Shown: positions 49,201 to 61,200 of the stretch, one piece after another
Position numbering within the stretch: the stretch's first letter is position 1
Layout of the letters: the number at the start of each line of letters is the position of its first letter
Origin: Mobula hypostoma
Taxonomy: Eukaryota
DNA length: 64,000 bases
Assembly: GCF_963921235.1 (NCBI RefSeq)
Contig: NC_086108.1
Location: 117,058,001 to 117,122,000, forward strand
Reading direction: 5' to 3'
The notes under the pieces: generated by a model
Databases searched by the model: none
What the model was told of the DNA's origin: nothing
Seen by the model: the letters and a program-made list of their open reading frames with translations, nothing else
Program-made: the position numbers and the translations under genes

Positions 49201-52200
49201 TCCCGTTCCCACACTCACCCAAGTCCACAGCCTCACTGTCCCGTTCCAACACTCTCCACAGTCCCCACCCCCACCGTCCCGTTCCCACACACACCCCAGT
49301 CCTCACCCTCACTGTCCCGTTCCCACACTCACCCCTGTCCTCTCCCTCACCGTCCCGTTGCCACACTCACCCTAGTCCTCACCCTCACTGTCCCGTTCCC
49401 ACACTCACCCCACTGTCCCGTTCCCACACTCACCCCAGTCCTCACCCTCACAGTCCCGTTCCCACATTCACCCCAGTCCCGACCCTCACTGTCCCGTTCC
49501 CGAACTCAACGCAGTCCTCATTCTCAAAGTCCTGTTCCCACAGACCTACACCAGTCCTCACCCTCACTATCCCGTTCCCACACTCACCCCAGTCCTCACC
49601 CTCACTATCCCGTTCCCACACTCACCCAAGCCCTCACCCTCACTGTCCTGTTCCCACACTCACCCCAGTCCACAGCCTCAATGTCCCGTTCCAACACTCA
49701 CCACAGTCCCCACCCCCACCGTCCCGTTCCCACACTCACCCCAGTCCTCACCCTCACCGTCCCGTTCCCACACTCACCCCAGTCCTCACACCCACCGTCC
49801 CGTTCCCACACTCACCCCAGTCCCTACCCTCACTATCCCGTTTCCACACACCTACCCCAGTCCTCACCCTCACTGTTCCGTTCCCACATTCACCCCAGTC
49901 CTTACCCTCACGTCCCGTTCCCACACTCACCCCAGTCATCACCCTCGCTGTCCCGTTCCCCACGGTTACCACAGTCCTTACCCTCACTGTCCCGTTCCCA
50001 TACTCACCACAGGCCTCACCCTCACTTTCCCGTTCCCACACTCACCCCAGTCCTCACTTTAACCGTCCTGTTCCCACACACATACCAGTCCTCACGCTCA
50101 TCGTCCCTTCCCACACTCACCCTAGTCCTCACCCTCACCGTCCCCTTCCTACACTCACCCCAGTCCTCACACTCAATGTCCCGTTCCCACACTCACCCAT
50201 CTCCAACCTCACTGTCCCGTTCCCATACTCACCACAGTCCTCACCCTCACCGTCCCGTTCCCACACTCACCCCAGTCCTCACCCTCACCGTCCCGTTCCC
50301 ACACTCACCCCAGTCCTCACCCTCACCATCCCATTCCCACACTCACCCCAGTCCTCGCCCTCACCGTCCCGTTCCCACACTCAACACCATTCCTCACACT
50401 CACTGTCCCGTACCCAGACTTACCCCAGTCCCAACCCTCACTGTACCGTTCCCACACTCACCCCAGTCATCACCTCACTCACCCGGGTCCTCACCCTCAC
50501 TGTCCTGTTCCCACACTCACCCCAGTCCTCAGCCTCACCATCCCGTTCCCACACTCACCCCACTCCTCACCCTCACTGTCCGGTTCCCACACTCACCCTC
50601 ACTGTCCGGTTCCCACACTCACCCCAGTCCTCACCGTCACTGTCCCGTTGCCACACGCAACCACTCCTCGCCCTCACTGTCCTGTTACCACACTCACCCC
50701 AGTCCTCACTCTCACAGTCCCGTTCCCACACCAACCACTCCTCACCCTCACTGTCCTGTTTCCACACTCACCCCAGTCCTCACACTCACCGTCCCGTTCC
50801 CACACACACCCCAGTCCTCACCCTCACTGTCCCGTTCCCACACTCACCCCTGTCTTCACACTCACCATCCCGTTGCCACACTCACCACAGTCCCCACACC
50901 CACCATCCCATTCCGACACTCACCCCAGTCCTCACCCTCACTGTCCCGTTCCCACACTCACCCCAGTCCTCACACCCACCGTCCCGTTCCCACACTCACC
51001 CCAGTCCCTACCCTCACTATCCCGTTTCCACACACCTACCCCAGTCCTCACCCTCACTGTTCCGTTCCCACATTCACCCCAGTCCTTACCCTCACCTCCC
51101 GTTCCCACACTCACCCCAGTCATCACCCTCGCTGTCCCGCTCCCCACGGTTACCACAGTCCTTACCCTCACTGTCCCGTTCCCATACTCACCCCAGTCCT
51201 CACTTTAACCGTCCTGTTCCCACACACATACCAGTCCTCACGCTCATCGTCCCTTCCTACACTCACCCTAGTCCTCACCCTCACCGTCCCCTTCCTGCAC
51301 TCACCCCAGTCCTCACCCTCAATGTCCCCTTCCTACGCTCACCGCAGACCTCACCCTCAGTGTCCCGTTCCCACACTCACCCGTCTCCAACCTCACTGTC
51401 CCGTTCCCATACTCACTACAGTCCTCACCCTCACCGTCCCGTTCCCACACTCACCCCAGTCCTCACACTCACCATCCCATTCCCACACTCACCCCAGTCC
51501 TCGCCCTCACCGTCCCGTTCCCACACTCAACACCATTCCTCACACTCACTGTCCCGTACCCAGACTTACCCCAGTCCCAACCCTCACTGTACCGTTCCCA
51601 CACTCACCCCAGTCATCACCTCACTCACCCGGGTCCTCACCCTCACTGTCCTGTTCCCACACTCACCCCAGTCCTCAGCCTCACCATCCCGTTCCCACAC
51701 TCACCCCACTCCTCACCCTCACTGTCCGGTTCCCACACTCACCCTCACTGTCCGGTTCCCACACTCACCCCAGTCCTCACCGTCACTGTCCCGTTGCCAC
51801 ACGCAACCACTCCTCGCCCTCACTGTCCTGTTACCACACTCACCCCAGTCCTCACTCTCACAGTCCCGTTCCCACACCAACCACTCCTCACCCTCACTGT
51901 CCTGTTTCCACACTCACCCCAGTCCTCACCCTCACTGACCCGTTCCCACACTCACCACAGTCCTCACCCTCACCGTCCCGTTCCCACACTCACCCCAGTC
52001 CTCACCCTCACTGTCCCGTTCCCACAATCACCCCTGTCCTCACCCTCACTGACCCGTTCCCACACTCACCACCGTCCTCACCCTCACCGTCCCGTTCCCA
52101 CACTCACCCCAGTCCCGACCCACACTGTCCCGTTCCCAAACTCAACGCAGTCCTCATTCTCACTGTCCCGTTCCCACACTCACCCAAGTCCACAGCCTCA

Positions 52201-55200
52201 CTGTCCCGTTCCAACACTCTCCACAGTCCCCACCCCCACCGTCCCGTTCCCACACTCACCCCACTCCTCACCCTCACCGTCCCGTTCCCACACACACCCC
52301 AGTCCTCACCCTCACTGTCCCGTTCCCACACTCACCCCTGTCCTCTCCCTCACCGTCCCGTTGCCACACTCACCCTAGTCCTCACCCTCACTGTCCCGTT
52401 CCCACACTCACCCCACTGTCCCGTTCCCACACTCACCCCAGTCCTCACCCTCACAGTCCCGTTCCCACATTCACCCCAGTCCCGACCCTCACTGTCCCGT
52501 TCCCGAACTCAACGCAGTCCTCATTCTCAAAGTCCTGTTCCCACAGACCTACACCAGTCCTCACCCTCACTATCCCGTTCCCACACTCACCCCAGTCCTC
52601 ACCCTCACTATCCCGTTCCCACACTCACCCAAGCCCTCACCCTCACTGTCCTGTTCCCACACTCACCCCAGTCCACAGCCTCAATGTCCCGTTCCAACAC
52701 TCACCACAATCCCCACCCCCACCGTCCCGTTCCCACACTCACCCCAGTCCTCACCCTCACCGTCCCGTTCCCACACTCACCCCAGTCCTCACACCCACAG
52801 TCCCGTTCCCACACTCACCCCAGTCCCTACCGTCACTATCCCGTTTCCACACACCTACCCCAGTCCTCACCCTCACTGTTCCGTTCCCACATTCACCCCA
52901 GTCCTTACCCTCACGTCCCGTTCCCACACTCACCCCAGTCATCACCCTCGCTGTCCCGTTCCCCACGGTTACCACAGTCCTTACCCTCACTGTCCCGTTC
53001 CCATACTCACCACAGGCCTCACCCTCACTTTCCCGTTCCCACACTCACCCCAGTCATCACTTTAATCGTCCTGTTCCCACACACATACCAGTCCTCACGC
53101 TCATCGTCCCTTCCCATACTCACCCTAGTCCTCACCCTCACCGTCCCCTTCCTACACTCACCCCAGTCCTCACCCTCACCGTCCCGTTCCCACACTCACC
53201 CCAGTCCTCACCCTCACCATCCCATTCCCACACTCACCCCAGTCCTCGCCCTCACCGTCCCGTTCCCACACTCAACACCATTCCTCACACTCACTGTCCC
53301 GTACCCAGACTTACCCCAGTCCCAACCCTCACTGTACCGTTCCCACACTCACCCCAGTCATCACCTCACTCACCCGGGTCCTCACCCTCACTGTCCTGTT
53401 CCCACACTCACCCCAGTCCTCAGCCTCACCATCCCGTTCCCACACTCACCCCACTCCTCACCCTCACTGTCCGGTTCCCACACTCACCCTCACTGTCCGG
53501 TTCCCACACTCACCCCAGTCCTCACCGTCACTGTCCCGTTGCCACACGCAACCACTCCTCGCCCTCACTGTCCTGTTACCACACTCACCCCAGTCCTCAC
53601 TCTCACAGTCCCGTTCCCACACCAACCACTCCTCACCCTCACTGTCCTGTTTCCACACTCACCCCAGTCCTCACCCTCACCGTCCCGTTCCCACACACAC
53701 CCCAGTCCTCACTCTCACAGTCCCGTTCCAACACACACCCCAGTCCTCACCCTCACTGTCCCGTTCCCACACTCACCCCTGTCTTCACCCTCACCATCCC
53801 GTTGCCACACTCACCACAGTCCCCACACCCACCATCCCATTCCGACACTCACCCCAGTCCTCACCCTCACCGTCCCGTTCCCACACTCACCCCAGTCCTC
53901 ACACCCACCGTCCTGTTCCCACACTCACCCCAGTCCCTACCCTAACTATCCCGTTTCCACACACCTACCCCAGTCCTCACCCTCATTGTTCCGTTCCCAC
54001 ATTCACCCCAGTCCTTTCCCTCACGTCCCGTTCCCACACTCACCCCAGTCATCACCCTCGCTGTCCCGTTCCCCACGGTTACCACAGTCCTTACCCTCAC
54101 CGTCCCGTTCCCACACTCACCCCAGTACTCACCTTAACCGTCCTGTTCCCACACACACCCCAGTCCTCACCCTCAGTGTCCCGTTCCCACACTCACCCGT
54201 CTCCAACCTCACTGTCCCGTTCCCATACTCACCACAGTCCTCACCCTCACCATCCCGTTCCCACACTCACCCTAGTCCTCACCCTCACCGTCCCATTCCC
54301 ACACTCACCCCAGTCCTCGCCCTCACCGGCCCGTTCCCACACTCAACACCATTCCTCACACTCACTGTCCCGTACCCAGACTTACCCCAGTCCCAACCCT
54401 CACTGTACCGTTTCCACACTCACCCCAGTCATCACCTCACTCACCCCGGTCCTCACCCTCACTGTCCCGTTCCCACACTCACCCCTGTCCTCACCCTCAC
54501 TGACCCGTTCCCACACTCACCACAGTCCTCACCCTCACCGTCCCGTTCCCACACTCACCCCAGTCCTGACCCACACTGTCCCGTTCCCAAACTCAACGCA
54601 GTCCTCATTCTCACTGTCCCGTTCCCACACTCACCCCAGTCCACAGCCTCACTGTCCCGTTCCAACACTCTCCACAGTCCCCACCCCCACCGTCCCGTTC
54701 CCACACTCACCCCAGTCCTCACGCTCACCGTCCCGTTCCCACACTCACCCCAGTCCGCACACCCACCGTCCCGTTCCCACACTCACCCCAGTCCCTACCC
54801 TCAATGTCCCGTTTCTACACACCTACCCCAGTCCTCACCCTCACTGTCCCGTTCCCACACTCACCCAAGTCCTTACCCTCACGTCCCGTTACCACACTCA
54901 CCACAGTCATCACCCTCGCTGTCCCGTTCCCCACACTCACCACAGTCCTCACCCTCACCACTCACCACAGTCCTCACCCTCACCATCCCGTTCCCACACT
55001 CACCCCAGTCCTCGCCCTCACCGTCCCGTTCCCACACTCACCCCATTCCTCACACTCACTGTCCCGTTCCCACACTCACCTCAGTCCTCACCCTCACCGT
55101 CCCATTCCCACACTCAATACCAGTCCTCACCCTCACTGTCCCGTTTCCACACACCTACCCCAGTCCTCACCCTCACTGTCCCGTTCCCACACTCACCCCA

Positions 55201-58200
55201 GTCCTTACCCTCACGTCCCGTTCCCACACTCACCCCAGTCATCACCCTCGCTGTCCGGTTCCCACGGTTACTACAGTCCTTACCCTCACCGTCCCGTTCT
55301 CACACTCACCCCAGTCCCTATCCTCACTGTCCCGTTCCCACACTCACCCCAGTCCTCACCCTCACTGTCCCGTTGCCACACGCAACCACTCCTCGCCCTC
55401 ACTGTCCTGTTTCCACACTCACCCCAGTCCTCACCCTCACCGTCCCGTTCCCACACACACCCCAGTCCTCACCCTCACTGTCCCGTTCCCACACTCACCC
55501 CTGTCCTCACCCTCACCGTCCCGTTGCCACACTCACCCCAGTCCTCACCCTCACTGTCCCGTTCCCACACTCACCCCCACTGTCCCGTTCCCACACTCAC
55601 CCCAGTCCTCACCCTCACCGTCCCGTTCCCACATTCACCCCAGTCCCGACCCTCACTGTCCCGTTCCCGAGCTCAACGCAGTCCTCATTCTCACAGTCCT
55701 GTTCCCACAAACCTACACCAGTCCTCACCCTCACTATCCCGTTCCCACACTCCCCCCAGTCCTCACCCTCACTATCCCGTTCCCACACTCACCCCAGTCA
55801 TCACCCTCGCTGTCCCGTTCCCCACGGTTACCACAGTCCTTACCCTCACGGTCCCGTTCCCATACTCACCCCAGACCTCACCCTCAATTTCCAGTTCCCA
55901 CACTCACCCCAGTCCTCACCCTCATGGTCCCGTTCCCACACTCACCCTAGTCCTCACCCTACCGTCCCATTCCCAGACTCACCCCCGTCCTCACCCTGAC
56001 TGTCCCGTTCCCACACTCACCCAAGTCCTCACCCTCACAGTCCTGTTCACACACTCACCCCAGTCCACAGACTCACTGTCCCGTTCCAACACTCACCCCA
56101 GTCCTCACCCTCACTGTCCCGTTTCCACACGCAACCACTCCTCACCCTCACCGTCCTGTTCCCACACACACAGCAGTGCTCACCCTCACGGACCGTTCCC
56201 ACACTCACCCTGGTCCTCACCTTCACTGTCCTGTTCCCACACTCACCCCAGTCCTCACCCTCACTGTCCCGTTCCCACACTCAACCCTGTTCTCACCCTC
56301 ACTGACCCGTTCCCACACTCACCACCGTCCTCAACCTCACTGTCCTGTTACCACACTCACCCCAGTCCTCACCCTCACAGTCCCGTTCCCACACCAACCA
56401 CTCCTCACCCTCACTGTCCTGTTTCCACACTCACCCCAGTCCTCACCCTCACCGTCCCGTTCCCACACTCACCCCAGTCCTCACCCTCACTGTCCCGTTT
56501 CCACACGCAACCACTCCTCGCCCTCACTGTCTTTTTACCACACTCGCCCCATGCCTCACCCTCACAGTCCCGTTCCCACACCAACGACTCCTCACCCTCA
56601 CTGTCCTGTTTCCACACTCACCCCAGTCCTCACCCTCACCGTCCCGTTCCCACACACACCCCAGTCCTCACCCTCACTGTCCCGTTCCCACACTCACCCC
56701 TGACTTCACCCTCACCGTCCCGTTGCCACACTCACCCCAGTCCTCACCCTCACTGTCCCGTTCCCACACTCACCCCTGTTCTCACCCTCACTGACCCGTT
56801 CCCACACTCACCACCGTCCTCAACCTCACTGTCCCGTTCCCACACTCACCCCAGTCCCGACCCTCACTGTCCCGTTCCCAAACTCAACGTAGTCCTCATT
56901 CTCACTGCCCGTTTCCACACACCTACCCCAGTCCTCACCCTCACCGTCCCGTTCCCACACTCACCCCAGTCCTTACCCTCACGTCCTGTTCCCACACTCA
57001 CCCCAGTCATCACCCTCGCTGTCCCGTTCTCCATGGTTACCACAGTCCTCACCCTCACCGTCCCGTTCCCACACTCACCCCAGTCCTCGCCCTCACCGTC
57101 CCGTTCCCACACTCAACGAATTCCTCCTACTCAATGTCCCGTTCCCACACTCACCCCAGTCCTCACCCTCACCGTCCCGTTCCCACACTGACCCCATTCC
57201 TCACCCTCACTGTCCCGTTCCCACACTCACCTCAGTCCTCACCCTCACCGTCCCGTTCCCACACTCAACACCAGTCCGCACCCTCACCGTCCCATTCCCA
57301 CACTCACCCCAGTCCTCACACCCACGGTCCCGTTTCCACACTCACCTCTCACCCCAGTCCCTACCCTCACTGTCCCGTTTCCACACACCTACCCCAGTCC
57401 TCACCCTCACTGTCCCGTTCCCACACTCACCCCAGTCCTTACCCTCACGTCCCGTTCCCACACTCACCCCCGTCATCACCCTCGCTGTCCCGTTCCCCAC
57501 GGTTACCACAGTCCTTACCCTCACCGTCCCGTTCCCACACTCACCCCAGTCCCTACCCTCACTGTCCCGTTCCCACAAACCTACACCAGTCCTCACCCTC
57601 ACTGTCCCGTTCCCACACTCACCCCTGTCCTCACCCTCACCGTCCCGTTGCCACACTCACCCCAGTCCTCACCCTCACTGTCCCGTTCCCACACACAGCC
57701 CTGTCCTCACCCTCAGCGTCCCGTTCCCACACTCACCCAAATCCTCACCCTCACTGTCCTGTTCCCACACTCACCCCAGTCCACAGCCTCACTATCCCTT
57801 TCCAACACTCACCCCAGTCCTCACCCTCACCGTCCCTTTCCCATACTCACCCCAGTCCTCACCCTCACTGTCGCGTTCCCACACACACCCCAGTCCTCAC
57901 CCTCACTGTCCCATTCCTATACTCACCCCAGTCCTCAGCCTCACTGTCCCCTTCCATCACTCACCCCAGACCTCACCCTCAGTGTCCCGTTCCCACACTC
58001 ACCCCAGTCCTCACCCTCACTGTCCCGTTTCCACACGCAACCACTCCTCGCCCTCACTGTCCTGTTACCACACTCGCCCCATGCCTCACCCTCACAGTCC
58101 CGTTCCCACACCAACCACTCCTCACTCTCACTGTCCTGTTTCCACACTCACCCCAGTCCTCACCCTCACCGTCCCGTTCCCACACACACCCCAGTCCTCA

Positions 58201-61200
58201 CCATCACTGTCCCGTTCCCACACTCACCCCCGTCCTCACCATCACTGTCCCGTTCCCACACTCACCCCCGTCCTCACCCTCACTGTCCCGTTCCCACACT
58301 CACCCCCGTCCTCACCCTCACTGTCCCGTTCCCACACTCACCCCCGTCCTCACCCTCACAGTCCCGTTCCCACACTCACCCCCGTCCTCACCCTCACTGT
58401 CCCGTTCCCACACTCACCCCAGTCCTCACCGTCACTGTCCCGTTCCCACACTCACCCCTGTCCTCACCCTCACTGTCCCGTTCCCACACTCACCCCTGTC
58501 CTCACCCTCACCGTCCCGTTGCCACACTCACCCCAGTCCTCACCCTCACTGTCCCGTTCCCACACTCACCCCAGTCCTCACCCTCACTGTCCCGTTTCCA
58601 CACGCAACCACTCCTCGCCCTCACTGTCTTTTTACCACACTCGCCCCATGCCTCACCCTCACAGTCCCGTTCCCACACCAACCACTCCTCACCGTCACTG
58701 TCCTGTTTCCACACTCACCCCAGTCCTCACCATCACTGTCCCGTTCCCACACTCACCCCCGTCCTCACCCTCACTGTCCCGTTCCCACACTCACCCCCGT
58801 CCTCACACTCACAGTCCCGTTCCCACACTCACCCCCGTCCTCACCCTCACTGTCCCGTTCCCACACTCACCCCAGTCCTCACCCTCACAGTCCCATTCCC
58901 ACACCAACCACTCCTCACCCTCACTGTCCCGTTCACACACTCACCCCAGTCTGCATCCTCATCGTCCCGTTCCCACACTCAGCCCAGTCCTCACCCTCAC
59001 TGTCCCGTTCCCACACTCACCCCAGTCATCACCCTCGCTGTCCCGTTCCCCACGGTTACCACAGTCCTTACCCTCACGGTCCCGTTCCCATACTCACCCC
59101 AGACCTCACCCTCAATTTCCAGTTCCCACACTCACCCCAGTCCTCACCCTCATGGTCCCGTTCCCACACTCACCCTAGTCCTCACCCTCACCGTCCCATT
59201 CCCAGACTCACCCCCGTCCTCACCCTGACTGTCCCGTTCCCACACTCACCCAAGTCCTCACCCTCACAGTCCTGTTCACACACTCACCCCAGTCCACAGA
59301 CTCACTGTCCCGTTCCAACACTCACCCCAGTCCTCACCCTCACTGTCCCGTTCCCACACGCAACCACTCCTCACCCTCACCGTCCTGTTCCCACACACAC
59401 AGCAGTGCTCACCCTCACGGACCGTTCCCACACTCACCCTGGTCCTCACCTTCACTGTCCTGTTCCCACACTCACCCCACTCCTCACCCTCACTGTCCCG
59501 TTCCCACACTCACCCCAGTCCTAATCCTCACAGTCCCGTTCCCACACCAACCACTCCTCACCCTCACTGTCCCGTTTCCACAATCACCCGAGTCCTCACC
59601 CTCACCGTCCCGTTCCCACACACACCCCAGTCCTCACCCTCACTGTCCCGTTCCCACACTCACCCCTGTCCTCACCCTCACCGTCCCGTTCCCACACTCA
59701 CCCAAGTCCTCACCCTCACCGTCCCGTTCCCACACTCACCCAAGTCCTCACCCTCACTGTCCTGTTCCCACACTCACCCCAGTCTACAGCCTCACTATCC
59801 CGTTCCAACACTCACCCCAGTCCTCACCCTCACCGTCCCTTTCCCATACTCACCCCAGTCCTCACCCTCACTGTCGCGTTCCCACACACACCCCAGTCCT
59901 CACCCTCACCGTCCCGTTCCCACACTCACCCCAGTCCTCACCCTCACCGTCCCGTTCCCACACCAACCACTCCTCACCCTCACTGTCCTGTTCCCACACT
60001 CACCCCAGTCCACAGCCTCACTATCCCGTTCCAACACTCACCCCAGTCCTCACCCTCACCGTCCCTTTCCCATACTCACCCCAGTCCACACCCTCACTGT
60101 CCCGTTCCCACACACACCCGAGTCCTCACCCTCACTATCCCCTTCCTATACGCACCACAGCCCTCACCCTCACTGTCCCCTTCCGACACTCACCCCAGAC
60201 CTCACCCTCAGTGTCCCGTTCCCACACTCACCCGTCTCCAAACGCACTGTCCCGTTCCCACACTCACCCCAGTCCCCACCCCCACCGTCCCGTTCCCACA
60301 CTCACCCCAGTCCCCACCCCCACCGTCCCGTTCCCACACTCACCCCAGTCCTCACCCTCAACGTCCAGTTCCCACACTCACCCCAGTCCCTACCCTCACT
60401 GTCCCATTCGCACACTCACCACAGTCCTCACTCTCACCGTCCCATTCCCACACTCACCCCAGTCCTCACCCTCACTGTCCCCTTCCTACACACACACCAC
60501 TCCTCACCCTCACCGTCCCATTCCCACACTCACCCCAGTCCTCACCCTCACTGTCCCGTTTCCACCATCACCCCAGTCCTCACCCTCACTGTCCCCTTCC
60601 TACACACACACCACTCCTCACCTTCATCGTCCCGTTCCCACACTCACCCTAGTCCTCACCCTCACCGTCCCATTCCCACACTCACCGCAGTCCTCAACCT
60701 CACTGTCCCGTTTCCACCATCACCCCAGTCCTCACCGTCACTGTCCCCTTCCTACACTCACCCCAGTCCTCACCCTCACTGTCCCGTTCCCACACTCACC
60801 CAAGTCCCCACCCTCACCGTCCCGTTCCCACACTCACCCCAGTCCTCACCCTCACTGTTCCGTTCCGACACTCACACCAGTCCTCACCCTCACCGTCCCT
60901 TTCCCACACTCACCCAGTCCTCACCCTCACCGTCCCGGTCCCACGCTCACCCCAGTCCTCACCCTCACCGTCCCATTCCCACAAACTCACCCCGGTCCTC
61001 ACCCTCACCGTCCCGTTCCCACACTCAACCCAGTCCTCACCCTCACCGTCCTGTTCCCACACACACAGCAGTGGTCACCGTCAGCGTCCCGTTCCCACAC
61101 ACACCCCAGATTTCACCCTCACCGTCCCGTTCCCACACTCAACCCAATCCCGACCCTCACTGTCCCGTTCCCAAACTCACCCCAGTCCTCACCCTCACTG

